The position numbers and the translations under genes are program-made. Source: Candidatus Latescibacterota bacterium (lineage in GTDB: Bacteria; Latescibacterota; UBA2968; UBA8231). From it: a stretch of DNA of 64,000 nt. The stretch spans positions 192,001 through 256,000 of the forward strand of contig OY730476.1 in assembly GCA_963422735.1 (NCBI GenBank). Reading direction: 5' to 3'. The notes below the pieces were generated by a model that had not been told where the DNA came from, made no database searches, and worked only from the letters and a program-made list of their open reading frames with translations. Shown here one piece after another: positions 10,334 to 20,344 of the stretch; positions within the stretch are counted from its first letter, which is position 1; every line of letters begins with the position of its first letter.

Positions 10334-11416
10334 AGTGTACTCCTTTCGCTGGCGCGGATTGTTTTCCTTTGAGCGTCTGTCTTGCATTTTTCCGATTTGG
10401 ATGCCGGTCAGTGCCCGTATATCCTCATCGAGTCTCGCAAGCCGTTTGATTTTCCGCAAATCGGGATAATCCACCCACACCATTGCCAAGTACTCCCGAT
10501 ACCAGTACGCGAAATCTTCGTATTGGCTATAGCGCTTGAGGACCTGCGGCTGCTTGAAATACCAAGGCTTGAATCCAGCGTAGTGGGTGCCGAAAAGTGC
10601 CTTTAGCCCTGGATAGCCCTTGAACCCGATAAAGCGCAAGTCGATGCTCTTCCAGCTTCCGGAATAACGCATCGTCATGTACTGCATGTCCGGGTAGTCG
10701 AATAGGTCCGCGACGTACTCGACTATCGGGGGCTTGGCGATTGTCTCGCAGATGTCGAGAAACTCCCGCATGGAAGGTTCCCACACGTACAGCGAACCGC
10801 TGATGCCGGTGTTGTTGCCGGGGTCGGCTGCAACTCGGTCCGTAATTTCTCGGGGAATGGCCCGGCCGTGGGGGCACGTCGCGTACAGGCGGTGCCATTT
10901 CCACTCGGTGCCGACGTGCAGATTTTGCGGGACGATATACCGGCCCTGTTCGTCTTCCTCAATGCAGTGCTCCTTGCGCTCGTTTAAGACCCCGGAAGGC
11001 GCGTCGAGCGTAAAAAGATGATCGAACCACTTCAGCGGTAGCACATCGGCGTCGAGGACCACGATCTTCTCGTAAGAGAGGCCCAAGTCTCCGTCGGCCC
11101 CGAGGCGGAAGGCGTTCTGCCGGGTGAACCAAAAGGGGCGGTCCCGTCGCTGGTGACTGCGCTTGTGCGGCACATGCACGGTCTCGACCTCAACCACGTG
11201 ATCGTAGAGCACTGCGAGCGCGTCGCGGGCGTCGGCTGTGATTTCGGGCGTGACCAAGCAGACCAGATCCGCCTCGGTCCACTGCCGACGCAGACCATAG
11301 GCCAGCAAGAGCGCACCCGGCACGTAGCTGTCGTTCATCATCACAAAAGTGACGTATGCAAAGCGCGCGCTGCCGTCTGCGCGCTTGACGGTGTCTGGCA
11401 TGTTAATGGAAATCAC
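9962..11416 (-). CDS. Glycosyltransferase family 8 (glycogenin-like) in frame with a C-terminal RRM domain
   Basis: AYVTFVMMNDSYVPGALLL, YEKIVVLDADVL (DxD), HYAGFKPW; then IHVGNL and SRGFGYVEM (RNP2/RNP1). Confidence 0.8.
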   Translation of the reverse strand: MISINMPDTVKRADGSARFAYVTFVMMNDSYVPGALLLAYGLRRQWTEADLVCLVTPEITADARDALAVLYDHVVEVETVHVPHKRSHQRRDRPFWFTRQNAFRLGADGDLGLSYEKIVVLDADVLPLKWFDHLFTLDAPSGVLNERKEHCIEEDEQGRYIVPQNLHVGTEWKWHRLYATCPHGRAIPREITDRVAADPGNNTGISGSLYVWEPSMREFLDICETIAKPPIVEYVADLFDYPDMQYMTMRYSGSWKSIDLRFIGFKGYPGLKALFGTHYAGFKPWYFKQPQVLKRYSQYEDFAYWYREYLAMVWVDYPDLRKIKRLARLDEDIRALTGIQIGKMQDRRSKENNPRQRKEYTVNIHVGNLAKTTKKEALTQLFQPYGKVVAATIARDKKSGASRGFGYVEMATRHEGEEAIAHLNDKEFEGQKLHLSEAHERKDKAGRGSGKGGNSFDQQRSSFFSSRGGQRNAGNMRRSGRRGS

Positions 11417-11439
11417 GAACCTCGCGTCCTTTCTCTAGT

Positions 11440-11850
11440 CGTAGTCGGCGTCGATTTTCTTGGCTAGCGCTGCATCCGCGTCTTGCCGTACCAATCCATC
11501 ATCCACTCCACCATTACTCCCCGCGCTCTTGCATGCGCCTTGTACCGTTCGTCGAGGCCCCTTTCTATTCTAAATGATACAACTCCCCGTAGGGAAAACC
11601 AATTTCCACGCCTTGGTTCGCGCCGTGATGCGCGGGCCATACTCGGAAAACACGGTTGTCGTGCAATACGGCCTCTTTCCCGTGCAACAGCGGCCCCAAA
11701 GAAAACCCCGCCCCGGCCAACGACCCCAATTCCGCCATTTCCAACAGGGTCGGGCCTAGGTTAATCAGCTCTACTAGCGGATCGCGCATCCCCCGGGATC
11801 GGCAAAAACCAGCGGTACCCGTGCCACTGAGGTTAGAGCGCGCTAATCGT
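11440..11850 (-). pseudogene. Degraded sulfatase-like C-terminal fragment
   Basis: DPLVELINLGPTLLEMAE...GFSLGPLLHG resembles a sulfatase C-terminal motif; no intact ORF. Confidence 0.4.
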
Positions 11851-11889
11851 CGATACAAACAATGCGGCCCCAATACTGGGGCCGGACAG

Positions 11890-12620
11890 CTAGCGCTTCG
11901 AGCCAACCGACCGCGAAGTCCACGACGTCTCGTTGCGGCATGAGCTGGCAATCTGCAAGACCAACCCGGCCACGATGGACGACATGGCCCGCGTCTGATC
12001 GCAGGAAGTCCTCGCCGATGCGATCAAAATCTGAGCTGTCGATGTCAACATCTTCAAAAGTAGTCCATCTCCGCGAATCCGAGGTAGAGATCGGTGCGCC
12101 CTGTTGGATGACGCGTTTGGTGGGAAAAGTCGCCCGATATTCCGCCAGATGCCTAGACGTATTGTTTCCATGACTCACACCAAGACGCAGGACAAAACCG
12201 TGCAAATCGTAGATGCTTGGGGTCTAGATGCACAAAATGAGCAGTGCGGATGTGCGCTGCGGAGAACGTCTCCGCGATAACGCCCATAGCACGAGTGGGG
12301 GTAAGCCCCGGGTCGTAGGCCGGCATGTTCTCGCGGATTACCGGCCACCACGGCTCGGGGACGGGCGGACTTTCCCACTTGCTCGGTTCAGTCAAGTCGG
12401 GCGAGTGGGCGGGCTCACAAGCGTTCCAGTGGGCCCCCAAGACTTTCTGCAGGGCGACGATGACCGCCACAGATCCTCCGCACACCCATCCCAGCGCCCT
12501 CAAGGACGAATGCACCAACACGACCCTCTCCGGTTTGACGCCAAACGCACGGAAGTCCGCCTGTAGCGATTCGACCGTGGCGGGAACTTCTGTTTTTTGA
12601 ACGATCTTGTCGTCATTCTG
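11890..12620 (-). pseudogene. AAC(3)/YokD-family N-acetyltransferase, multiply frameshifted
   Basis: VLVHSSLRALGWVCGG, WESPPVPEPWWPVIRENMPAYD, MGVIAETF, VLRLGVSHGNNTSRHLAEY spread over three frames. Confidence 0.75.
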
Positions 12621-12792
12621 CGGATAAGAGCCTGTTTTGCCTATTGGCCATTTTCTCAGTGTCGGCCATTGTAGATAGCCGTCCTGATAGCGTCCTCAAG
12701 CTCGGATTTTATCCCTCCAACTGCTGCCTGTAGCCCATGGTACATCCTTTCGAGTGAAAATCGCGATTCAGCTTTCTCGAGCACCCGTACCC

Positions 12793-14262
12793 TCACTGCC
12801 CCAAAGAGTGCGGATAGCCCCGCTCCCACCCGGCCGCGCCGAATATCTTGTCGGCCCACAGGGAGACATTTTCGGAAGAGTAAACCAAGTTGTAGTCGTG
12901 CGAGGTCTGTACAGAGTGCATGACCTCGCGCCAGAGCGCAGCGTCCAAGTGCCGGTATGCGGCCGCGTGCGACGCGGACTCGGCGAGATTGTGCTGTTCT
13001 TGGGAATCTTCCTGCAAATCGAAAAGCCCGGCCGCGCCGTTGTTGTATTTCACTAGCTTGTGCCGCCCGTCGTAGGCCATCCAGCCGGATTGCAAGCCGC
13101 CGACTAGCATGTCGCGCCGCGCTCCGCCGGTCAAGCCCAAGCCAGGCAGGGGCTGGGCATCCATGTACTCCGGCACGCCGTGACCAGACGCCGCCAGCAG
13201 GGTGGCGGTGACGTCTGTGAGGCAAACCAAGTCGTCGCGCACCGCGCTGGCGGCACCGCCCGGCGGGCGCACCAGCATGGGCACGTGGCAGCTACCTTCG
13301 TAGAAGTTGCCCTTGGCATTCACGCCGTGATCCCCGACCAAATCGCCGTGGTCTGAGGAGAAGATGACGAGCGTATTGTCGAGACGGCCGCTTTCCTCCA
13401 AGGCCGCGAGGATGCGACCGACCTCGTGGTCTATCTGCAATATGAGGGCCGAATAGTGGGCGCGCACCTTGCGCTTTTGCTCCTCGGTGTAGGGGCCTTC
13501 GGTCTCTGGAGTCCATATCGGCACGCCTGGCCGACGCCGGGGATGGATGCCCTCGCGGACATCGCGGTGGATGGGACCGCCGGGTGCGGGAGTGGGAATT
13601 TTATCGACATCGACTTTGGCCAAAAACTCCGGCGTGGGGTCGTAGGGGTCGTGCGGGCCGGGAAAGCCCACCATGCAGGCGAAGGGCCGCTCGTCGTCGT
13701 ACTCGCGGATGAAGCGCACCGCCTCCTCGCCGACGAAGTAATCCCAGTAGCAATCCCAAGGCAGCAGCGACACACAAGCGCCGCGATGCTCGTCGTAGCC
13801 GGGGTGCTCCTTGCCCATGTACTTGCGGTGGCCGCGCCGCTGCAAATAGTGCCAATAGTCGTCTTGGATGTTGACCCACACCTTGTCCTCACAGGCGATG
13901 CGATGTTGGAAGCCAAAAGAGGCGTCCCAAGGATAGAAGTGCATCTTGCCGATAGCCGAGGTGAGGTAGCCATAGTCGGTCAACATCTCCGCCCAAGTGC
14001 GGATGCCGCACGCGGCGTGGTCCGGGCGCAGGTAATTGCCGTTGGTCAGCACGTGGGTGCGCCAAGCGTTGAGGCCGGTGAGCAGCGAACAACGCGCCGG
14101 TACGCAGACCGGGTGCAAGCTGTACGCGCGGTCGTAGCGGATGCCCTCGGCGGCAATGCGGTCGATGTGGGGCGTGGAAATGTGGGGGGCACCATAACAA
14201 CTGAGAAAGTCGTGGCGCATCTGGTCTGGCATGATGAACAACAAGTTGGGTCGGTCGCTCAT
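12793..14262 (-). CDS. Sulfatase (formylglycine-dependent, choline-sulfatase-like)
   Basis: RPNLLFIMPDQMR, CVPARCSLLTG (CxPxR), GKMH, PHDPYDP, SSDHGD. Confidence 0.92.
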   Translation of the reverse strand: MSDRPNLLFIMPDQMRHDFLSCYGAPHISTPHIDRIAAEGIRYDRAYSLHPVCVPARCSLLTGLNAWRTHVLTNGNYLRPDHAACGIRTWAEMLTDYGYLTSAIGKMHFYPWDASFGFQHRIACEDKVWVNIQDDYWHYLQRRGHRKYMGKEHPGYDEHRGACVSLLPWDCYWDYFVGEEAVRFIREYDDERPFACMVGFPGPHDPYDPTPEFLAKVDVDKIPTPAPGGPIHRDVREGIHPRRRPGVPIWTPETEGPYTEEQKRKVRAHYSALILQIDHEVGRILAALEESGRLDNTLVIFSSDHGDLVGDHGVNAKGNFYEGSCHVPMLVRPPGGAASAVRDDLVCLTDVTATLLAASGHGVPEYMDAQPLPGLGLTGGARRDMLVGGLQSGWMAYDGRHKLVKYNNGAAGLFDLQEDSQEQHNLAESASHAAAYRHLDAALWREVMHSVQTSHDYNLVYSSENVSLWADKIFGAAGWERGYPHSLGQ

Positions 14263-14419
14263 AGTTGCATTCCCTTCTCTGCGGCTACCTATTCGTTGGG
14301 GCCTTAGTTGACGACGGCGCAACGCACGGATTCGTCGCTGGTGGGCAGGTGAGTGGATTTTCTGCTGGCAATCTACACAAAGTAAAGGAGATCGGGCCGT
14401 TCATTCAACGAGGGGGCGA

Positions 14420-15814
14420 CTAGGGTCCTAAACGGACGCGGACCAGCCGATTGAACAGGTCGCCCCGCTCGGCGTAACTGGCGAATTGATCAAAGCTGGC
14501 GCAGGCTGGCGAAAGCAGTACCACGTCGCCGCTTTGGCCGAGTCGACCGGCCGCGTCCAAGGCTGTTGCAAGATCGCCGCAATGGTGGATGAGCGCGCCA
14601 GCTCCCGCCCACTGTATGGCAGCGGCAATGCGCGGGGCCTCTTGGCCGATGAGTAGCACGGCGCGGACATGGCCAGCGGCAATAGCGGTGCCCAAGGCAC
14701 TGAAGTCGGCCCCTTTTGAAGCGCCGCCAGCGATCAGCAGCAGGGGTGCGTTGAAAGATCGGATGGCAGCACAGGTAGCATCGACCGTCGTGGCTAGCGA
14801 ATCGTTGTAATAGGCCACGCCGTCGCGCTCGGCCGCGTATTCGAGGCGGTGGGGCAGGCCCGCAAAGGCGCGTAGGGCCTCGGCGAAATGGGTCGCTGGC
14901 GCACCAAAAGCCAAAGCACCGGCTACCGCGGCGGCGGCGTTGCTCCAATTGTGTTGGCCCCGGAGGATCAGGTCGGCCACCGGACAAATGGCGGTCGGCT
15001 GCTCCTCGGGGCAGCAGGCCCACAACTGGCCGTCGGCAATCCACGCGCCCGGAATGCTCGGGGCGGTTGTGCTAAAGGACCAAAGGGCGGCTGGACTCTC
15101 TTCGGCAAAGGGCCGGGCAGTGGGGCAGTCCCGATTGACAATGAGGATATCGCCGGGAGTCTGGTGGCGGCAGATGGATTTTTTGGCGGCGATGTATTCG
15201 GCACGGTCGGCGTGGTAGTCGAGGTGATCCTCAGTGACGGAGAGGACCACGGCTATATGGGGGCTTTGGCCGAGGTCTTGCAATTGGAAGCTGGACAGCT
15301 CTAGGACCACGCGGTCAGTCGCTTGCAACTCGTCAATGAATTCGAGCGGCGGCCGGCCGATGTTGCCGCCGCTGAATACCCTCGCTGCGGGATCGGTCGC
15401 CAAGAGCGCGTGCAGCAGCGCGGTCGTGGTGCCTTTGCCCTTGGTGCCAGTGACGCCGAGTACCGGCGCGGGGCATAGCTGTAAAAAGAGGTGCGTCTGG
15501 CTCGATACTTCGACGCCGCAACGCTGCGCAGCGCACAGGCGCGAATGTAGTGTCGGCAGGCCCGGCGTGCGGAACAGCAGGTCGAAGTCGGTCAGATCGT
15601 CGAGGTAACGTTCGCCAATGCGCCACTGTTGCACACCCTCCACCGGAGTGGCCGGGGCGCGGGCGTCGCACGCGGAGAAGGGAATCTGGCGCGCGTGGAG
15701 AAAGCGGGCCAGCGCGCGGTTTTCCACGCCGAGGCCGAGGAGGGCAATGCGCCGCTGGTGCAGATATTGGATCGCGCTTGACTCTTTGGGGGTGAGGGAT
15801 TTCTTTAGCGCCAT
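14420..15814 (-). CDS. murD: UDP-N-acetylmuramoyl-L-alanine--D-glutamate ligase
   Basis: GVTGTKGKGTT, GGNIG, ELSSFQL, DHLDYH, GLPHRLE, VLLSPACASFDQF. Confidence 0.95.
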   Translation of the reverse strand: MALKKSLTPKESSAIQYLHQRRIALLGLGVENRALARFLHARQIPFSACDARAPATPVEGVQQWRIGERYLDDLTDFDLLFRTPGLPTLHSRLCAAQRCGVEVSSQTHLFLQLCPAPVLGVTGTKGKGTTTALLHALLATDPAARVFSGGNIGRPPLEFIDELQATDRVVLELSSFQLQDLGQSPHIAVVLSVTEDHLDYHADRAEYIAAKKSICRHQTPGDILIVNRDCPTARPFAEESPAALWSFSTTAPSIPGAWIADGQLWACCPEEQPTAICPVADLILRGQHNWSNAAAAVAGALAFGAPATHFAEALRAFAGLPHRLEYAAERDGVAYYNDSLATTVDATCAAIRSFNAPLLLIAGGASKGADFSALGTAIAAGHVRAVLLIGQEAPRIAAAIQWAGAGALIHHCGDLATALDAAGRLGQSGDVVLLSPACASFDQFASYAERGDLFNRLVRVRLGP

Positions 15815-15877
15815 TGAAATAGCAGTACGCGCTCTAACTAAATTGGATAGCGAGAAGATGCTGTGGCTGTAACAATT

Positions 15878-16240
15878 ATGCGTACGGTGCGGCCTAGTCC
15901 GCAATGGCAAGACAGCTTAATCCGGCTAGAGAGCGGCCAGCGGGTCGTGGTGGATGCCGAGGAAACTTGGTCGCCGGACATGCGCAACCAAATCGCTTGG
16001 TGCGGTGCCGACGGCTTGTACAACCTGCCCGCAGACTCGGAGTACTTACTGCCGGGGGCCAATGTCGGTGCGCTCGTGGCGCGCATTGGCGACGACGGGC
16101 CGATCTTTGCCATGGGCAGCCGCTACGACTTTATCGCCGACCGCGCGGGCATTCTGCATTTGGCCATGAACGAAAACCCGAGCTTCAACAACCAAGCTGG
16201 CAAAATCGTCGCCCAAATCATCGTCTTTAGCCAACCATGA
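15878..16240 (+). CDS. Hypothetical protein with LecA/PA-IL-like beta-sandwich pattern
   Basis: WQDS..L..GQRV, GALVARIG..GPIF..G, GILHLAMNE, NNQAG; no signal peptide. Confidence 0.55.
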   Translation: MRTVRPSPQWQDSLIRLESGQRVVVDAEETWSPDMRNQIAWCGADGLYNLPADSEYLLPGANVGALVARIGDDGPIFAMGSRYDFIADRAGILHLAMNENPSFNNQAGKIVAQIIVFSQP

Positions 16241-17277
16241 GCCTCGCTATAAGCGCGGCGACCGCAGCCTATTTGCGCGCTGGGCATCCGCCTGTCCGTG
16301 CGATCACGCCGCTCGCCGAGGGGGTCTGGCGCGTCGAAGACGCAGACGGTCGCAAGGTTGTGGTCAAGCATCAGCTCTTCGGGTGGCTGACGCAGGGTAC
16401 GGCTTACGACCTGTTGGAGGTCGAGCGCGATGTGCTCGGCCTCTTGCACAGAGCGGGTTGTCCGGTGCCGGCCGTGCTGGGTATCGATCAGGAGGCGCAT
16501 TGCATTTTTTTACAATGGGTCGGTGATCGCACCCTTGACGACGCGATCCAAGCCGGGGAGCGGGCGGCGACGCGACAGGCGATTGTAGGGCTATGCGCGA
16601 TTGAAAGGGTGTGCGCCCAGCACTTGGATCAGCTAGCATCGCGGGTCGTGCCAGCGGCCGGCCGCGCCGCGCTGATAGCGGTGTGGGACGAGGTAGGGAC
16701 GCGGGGCCGCGAAGGGCTAGAGCAGTTGTTCGGTCGCCTCGGGCAACCCTCTGACGCGACGGAGGCACTGCGGCTGCTAGAAGAAATGCACCGCTGGCTG
16801 GCCGGGCGTCCGCCTGTGCTGGGAAGCACCGACTACAACGCCCGCAACGCCGTCGTTGACCCAGAGGGGAAGAGAGTGCGCTTCCTCGAATTTGCCAAGA
16901 TCGGCTGGGACTGGACGGAACGGCGCTTGACTCAGTATACTACTAGTATGGGCAGTGGCCGACAGAACGGGCGCATGCGCTCGCTGCTGGACGCGCCCGC
17001 AGCGCGTTTGTATGCCGAGGTGTCCGAGTGCAGCGACGGGGCTCGTGCGCTCGACTATCACCGAATCTTTTTTCTTTTAAACAGCGCGGCCCTGTTGTGC
17101 GCGGCCCTCGACGGCGAGCCGTACGCGCTGGCCCTGCGCCAACGCTGGAAAAGACCCTATGCGCGGCTGCGACAATGCGCGGCTATGCTGGCCGAGGACC
17201 TGAGCGCAGACCTAAGTGCGGCCGAGTTTAGGGGCCGGTTGCAGTTTTGTTTGTCACCACGAGGAGGAACCCTATGA
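16237..17277 (+). CDS. Aminoglycoside phosphotransferase/kinase-like protein
   Basis: VVVK, GCPVPAVL, STDYNARN (catalytic-loop-like), FLEFAKIG; ATGA-coupled to both neighbours. Confidence 0.6.
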   Translation: MSLAISAATAAYLRAGHPPVRAITPLAEGVWRVEDADGRKVVVKHQLFGWLTQGTAYDLLEVERDVLGLLHRAGCPVPAVLGIDQEAHCIFLQWVGDRTLDDAIQAGERAATRQAIVGLCAIERVCAQHLDQLASRVVPAAGRAALIAVWDEVGTRGREGLEQLFGRLGQPSDATEALRLLEEMHRWLAGRPPVLGSTDYNARNAVVDPEGKRVRFLEFAKIGWDWTERRLTQYTTSMGSGRQNGRMRSLLDAPAARLYAEVSECSDGARALDYHRIFFLLNSAALLCAALDGEPYALALRQRWKRPYARLRQCAAMLAEDLSADLSAAEFRGRLQFCLSPRGGTL

Positions 17278-17540
17278 GCGAGTGGAACACTCTCGACTTC
17301 AAGCCCCGGGCCCGGGGTATGATCATCGGCGATATTCCCTGGCTGGCGCGCATAGCCGACAAAGCGCGGGCGCACCAGCAGCAACGCATCGGCGACTACG
17401 TATTTCCCTGACCGGCCGACAAGCACTTCCTGGAGGAAGTGGAGCTAACAGCCGCAGCATTCGAGGAGATGGTGGCCGCGTCCGAAGACGACGATGCACT
17501 GATCGAAAAAATGAAAGCGCACTTGGCCAGAAAGCACTAG
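17274..17540 (+). CDS. DUF5069-family protein, candidate selenoprotein (in-frame TGA at codon 46)
   Basis: GAGGAGG RBS, ATG 17274; WLARIADKARAHQQQRIGDYVFP-TGA(17409..17411)-PADKHFLEEV...; frame continues 42 codons to TAG; downstream hairpin. Confidence 0.75.
17412..17446 (+). promoter_or_regulatory. Putative bacterial SECIS element
   Basis: CACTTCC-TGGA-GGAAGTG hairpin (17424..17441); G-containing loop begins 20 nt after the TGA. Confidence 0.6.
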
Positions 17541-17541
17541 C

Positions 17542-18428
17542 ATGAGCACCTCAGAGCAAACAGTACGCACGCCAAAGCGGAGGGTCCGGGAGTTAGAGGT
17601 GGAGGTCGTCCAAGTGCGCCGCGACACTCCAGACACTACCACGCTCTTTATGTCCGCTGGCGACGAACCGGTCGAATACCAAGCCGGCCACTTCTGCACC
17701 ATTGATCCGCATCAGTTCGGCGAGTTGGAGCACTTCACCGCCTATTTAGAAGATCAAAAGGGGCAGCGCGAAAAGCCGCGGGCCTATTCCATGGCCTCTG
17801 CTCCGCACGAGCAGCACCTCGCCATCACGATCAAAGAGGAGCGCTACGAGAGCGGCCAGACGCCGTACCCGCCGCTGCTATCGCCGCTGCTGACTTATTA
17901 TATCCAAGGGGGCCGGCGGCTGGTCATCAGTGGTTTTACCGGGGCGTACACCTTTCCCGCCAATGTCTGCGAGCGCACCGATCACATTATTCACGTGTGC
18001 GCTGGCAGCGGCATAGTGCCCAACAGGAGCCTGATCAAAGAGAGCCTGCATCGCGGCGACCCGCTCCGGCATACCTTGCTGTTTAGCAACAAGACGCGCC
18101 GCGACATTATTTTCTACGAGGAATTTGAGGTACTGCGGGCGCAGTATCCCGACCAACTCGACGTGATCCACTGCATCACCCGCGAAGACCCGGTCGGCAT
18201 TCGCGGTGCCCGCAACGAGCGCATCTCTGAGAGCTTTTGCGCGAAGTTGCGCCCCATCCCTCCAAGGTGATGGCCTATAGCTGTGGCCCGGGCATCACGC
18301 CCTACGAGCGCCGGGCGGCCCGGGCCAAGGGCGAAGACCCGGAGCCGCGTTTCGTCGAAAACATGGTCGCGCTCTTGCGTGCACACGGGTTGGACAAAAA
18401 TCAGATCCGGCAGGAAAGCTGGGGCTGA
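17542..18428 (+). CDS. FAD/NAD(P)-binding oxidoreductase (FNR-like), single frameshift near 18230
   Basis: RAYSMAS, CAGSGIVP, LLFSNKT; the C-terminus AYSCGP...IRQESWG lies in another frame ending at 18428. Confidence 0.8.
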
Positions 18429-18432
18429 GCGA

Positions 18433-19389
18433 ATGAAGTTAATCGTGCAGATTCCCTGCTTTGACGAAGAGCAGACCCTGCCCGCTGTAATTCGCGACAT
18501 CCCGCGCCAAGTGCCTGGTATCGACCAAGTCGAAATTTTGGTCATCGACGACGGCTCCAGCGACCTCACCAGCGCAGTGGCCCACGAGTGCGGCGCGGAT
18601 CACATAATCCGCTTCCCGCACAACCGAGGGCTGGGCCAAGCCTTTAAGGCCGGTATTGACGCTTGTCTCCGGCTGGGGGCCGACATCATCGTCAATACCG
18701 ACGGCGACAACCAGTACTACGGCGGCGACATTGGCAAGTTAGTCGCGCCCATCCTCTGCGGCCGGGCCGACATGGTCATTGGCGACCGGCAGACGCAGGC
18801 CATTGCCCACTTTTCCGCCCTCAAGCGCTACCTACAGGGCTTGGGCAGCCGGGTGATTAGCCGCCTCGCCGGCTTACAGGTGCCGGACGTGGCCAGCGGC
18901 TTCCGCGCCTTTAGCCGCGAGTGCGCGCTCCAGCTTTCGACCTTTACCAATTTCGACCACACGGCCGAGCACGTGATCGAAGCCGGATACAGAAACTTGG
19001 CCGTGACCTCTGTCGCGGTCCGCACCAACCCCAAGACGCGCGAATCGCGCCTCTTTTCCAACATCGGCACGTTTGTCTTCAAATCCGGGGAGATCAGTTT
19101 GCGCACCTATGCGCGCTACGCCGCGCTTAAGATATTTGCCATCTGCGGCATTTTGACCTTTGTCGCGGGCTTTTGCCTCGGCGTGCGCTTTCTCTACTTC
19201 TTCTTTTTTACTGACGAAGGGGGGCTGCACGTGCAGTCGCTTATTTTGGCAGCGGTTCTGCTGTTGGCCGGGTTTCAGATGGTTCTCACCGGCATCATAG
19301 CCGATTTGATCGCCACCAATAGGGATTTGCTCGAAGATGCGTTGCAGCGGGTCAAAAAGTTGGAATTGCGCGGTACGAACAAAAAATAA
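18433..19389 (+). CDS. Glycosyltransferase family 2 (DPM-synthase-like)
   Basis: QIPCFDEE, VIDDGSSD, NRGLG, TDGDNQY, SGFRAFSR; two C-terminal TM helices. Confidence 0.92.
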   Translation: MKLIVQIPCFDEEQTLPAVIRDIPRQVPGIDQVEILVIDDGSSDLTSAVAHECGADHIIRFPHNRGLGQAFKAGIDACLRLGADIIVNTDGDNQYYGGDIGKLVAPILCGRADMVIGDRQTQAIAHFSALKRYLQGLGSRVISRLAGLQVPDVASGFRAFSRECALQLSTFTNFDHTAEHVIEAGYRNLAVTSVAVRTNPKTRESRLFSNIGTFVFKSGEISLRTYARYAALKIFAICGILTFVAGFCLGVRFLYFFFFTDEGGLHVQSLILAAVLLLAGFQMVLTGIIADLIATNRDLLEDALQRVKKLELRGTNKK

Positions 19390-19396
19390 TTCTCCG

Positions 19397-20344
19397 ATGA
19401 AAAAACCTGCGATCTACATAGACGGCCAAGAGGGAACGACCGGGCTGCGCATTCGCCAAATGCTAGCTGGGCGCGAGGATGTGGAGGTGTTGCTCATTCC
19501 ACCGGAGCATCGCCGAGATCGCCGCGCGCGGGCCGAGTTTCTCAACCGAGCGGATTTGTGCGTGCTCTGCCTGCCCGACGACGCAGCAGCCGAGGCCCTC
19601 ACCTTGCTCGAAAACCCGCAGACCAAGGTCATCGACACGAGCACGACGCGCCGGGTCCACTCCGAGTGGGTCTATGGACTGCCCGAGATTTCCCCTGCGC
19701 ACAAAGAGTGGATTCGCCGCGCGCAGAGAGTCGCCAATTGCGGTTGTTATCCCGTCGGCTTCATCCTCGCCGTGCGGCCTCTCATTTCGCAGGGACTGCT
19801 CCTGCCAACCGCGCCGCTGACGATCAACGCGGTGTCCGGCTATTCCGGAGGGGGACGCAAGATGATCGCCGAATACGAGGGGGAGGGCGGCCACAAGCCT
19901 TTCTGCCTGTACGGCCTCGACGGTGCGCACAAGCACTTGCCCGAGATCTGGAAATTCAGCGGGTGCGAAAAGCAGCCGCTTTTGGTGCCGGCCGTCGATC
20001 ATTCGTTCTGCGGCATGGTCGTCAGTACGCCGCTGCCCACGGAATTTTTCGCCCGTCCCCACGTCCATCGCGAAGCCGTGTACGAGGTCTGGCGCGAGTA
20101 CTACGCGGCCTGTCCCTTTGTGAAATTGGTCGCGCCCCATGCCGCCATACTGCGCGACGACAAGTTCCTCGATCTAACGGGGTTGAGCCACACTAACTTC
20201 GTCGAGCTATCGGTCTGGGGCGACCCAGAGCGGGGATTGGTTTTGGTCGGGCGGCTCGACAACCTCGGCAAAGGGGCGTCGGGCAATGCCGTGCAGTGTC
20301 TCAACTTGATGCTCGGCTGCGACGAGACCGCAGGGCTGGGCTAG
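19397..20344 (+). CDS. argC: N-acetyl-gamma-glutamyl-phosphate reductase
   Basis: IDGQEGTTGLRI, ANCGCYP, SGYSGGG, DNLGKGASGNAVQCLNLM. Confidence 0.93.
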   Translation: MKKPAIYIDGQEGTTGLRIRQMLAGREDVEVLLIPPEHRRDRRARAEFLNRADLCVLCLPDDAAAEALTLLENPQTKVIDTSTTRRVHSEWVYGLPEISPAHKEWIRRAQRVANCGCYPVGFILAVRPLISQGLLLPTAPLTINAVSGYSGGGRKMIAEYEGEGGHKPFCLYGLDGAHKHLPEIWKFSGCEKQPLLVPAVDHSFCGMVVSTPLPTEFFARPHVHREAVYEVWREYYAACPFVKLVAPHAAILRDDKFLDLTGLSHTNFVELSVWGDPERGLVLVGRLDNLGKGASGNAVQCLNLMLGCDETAGLG

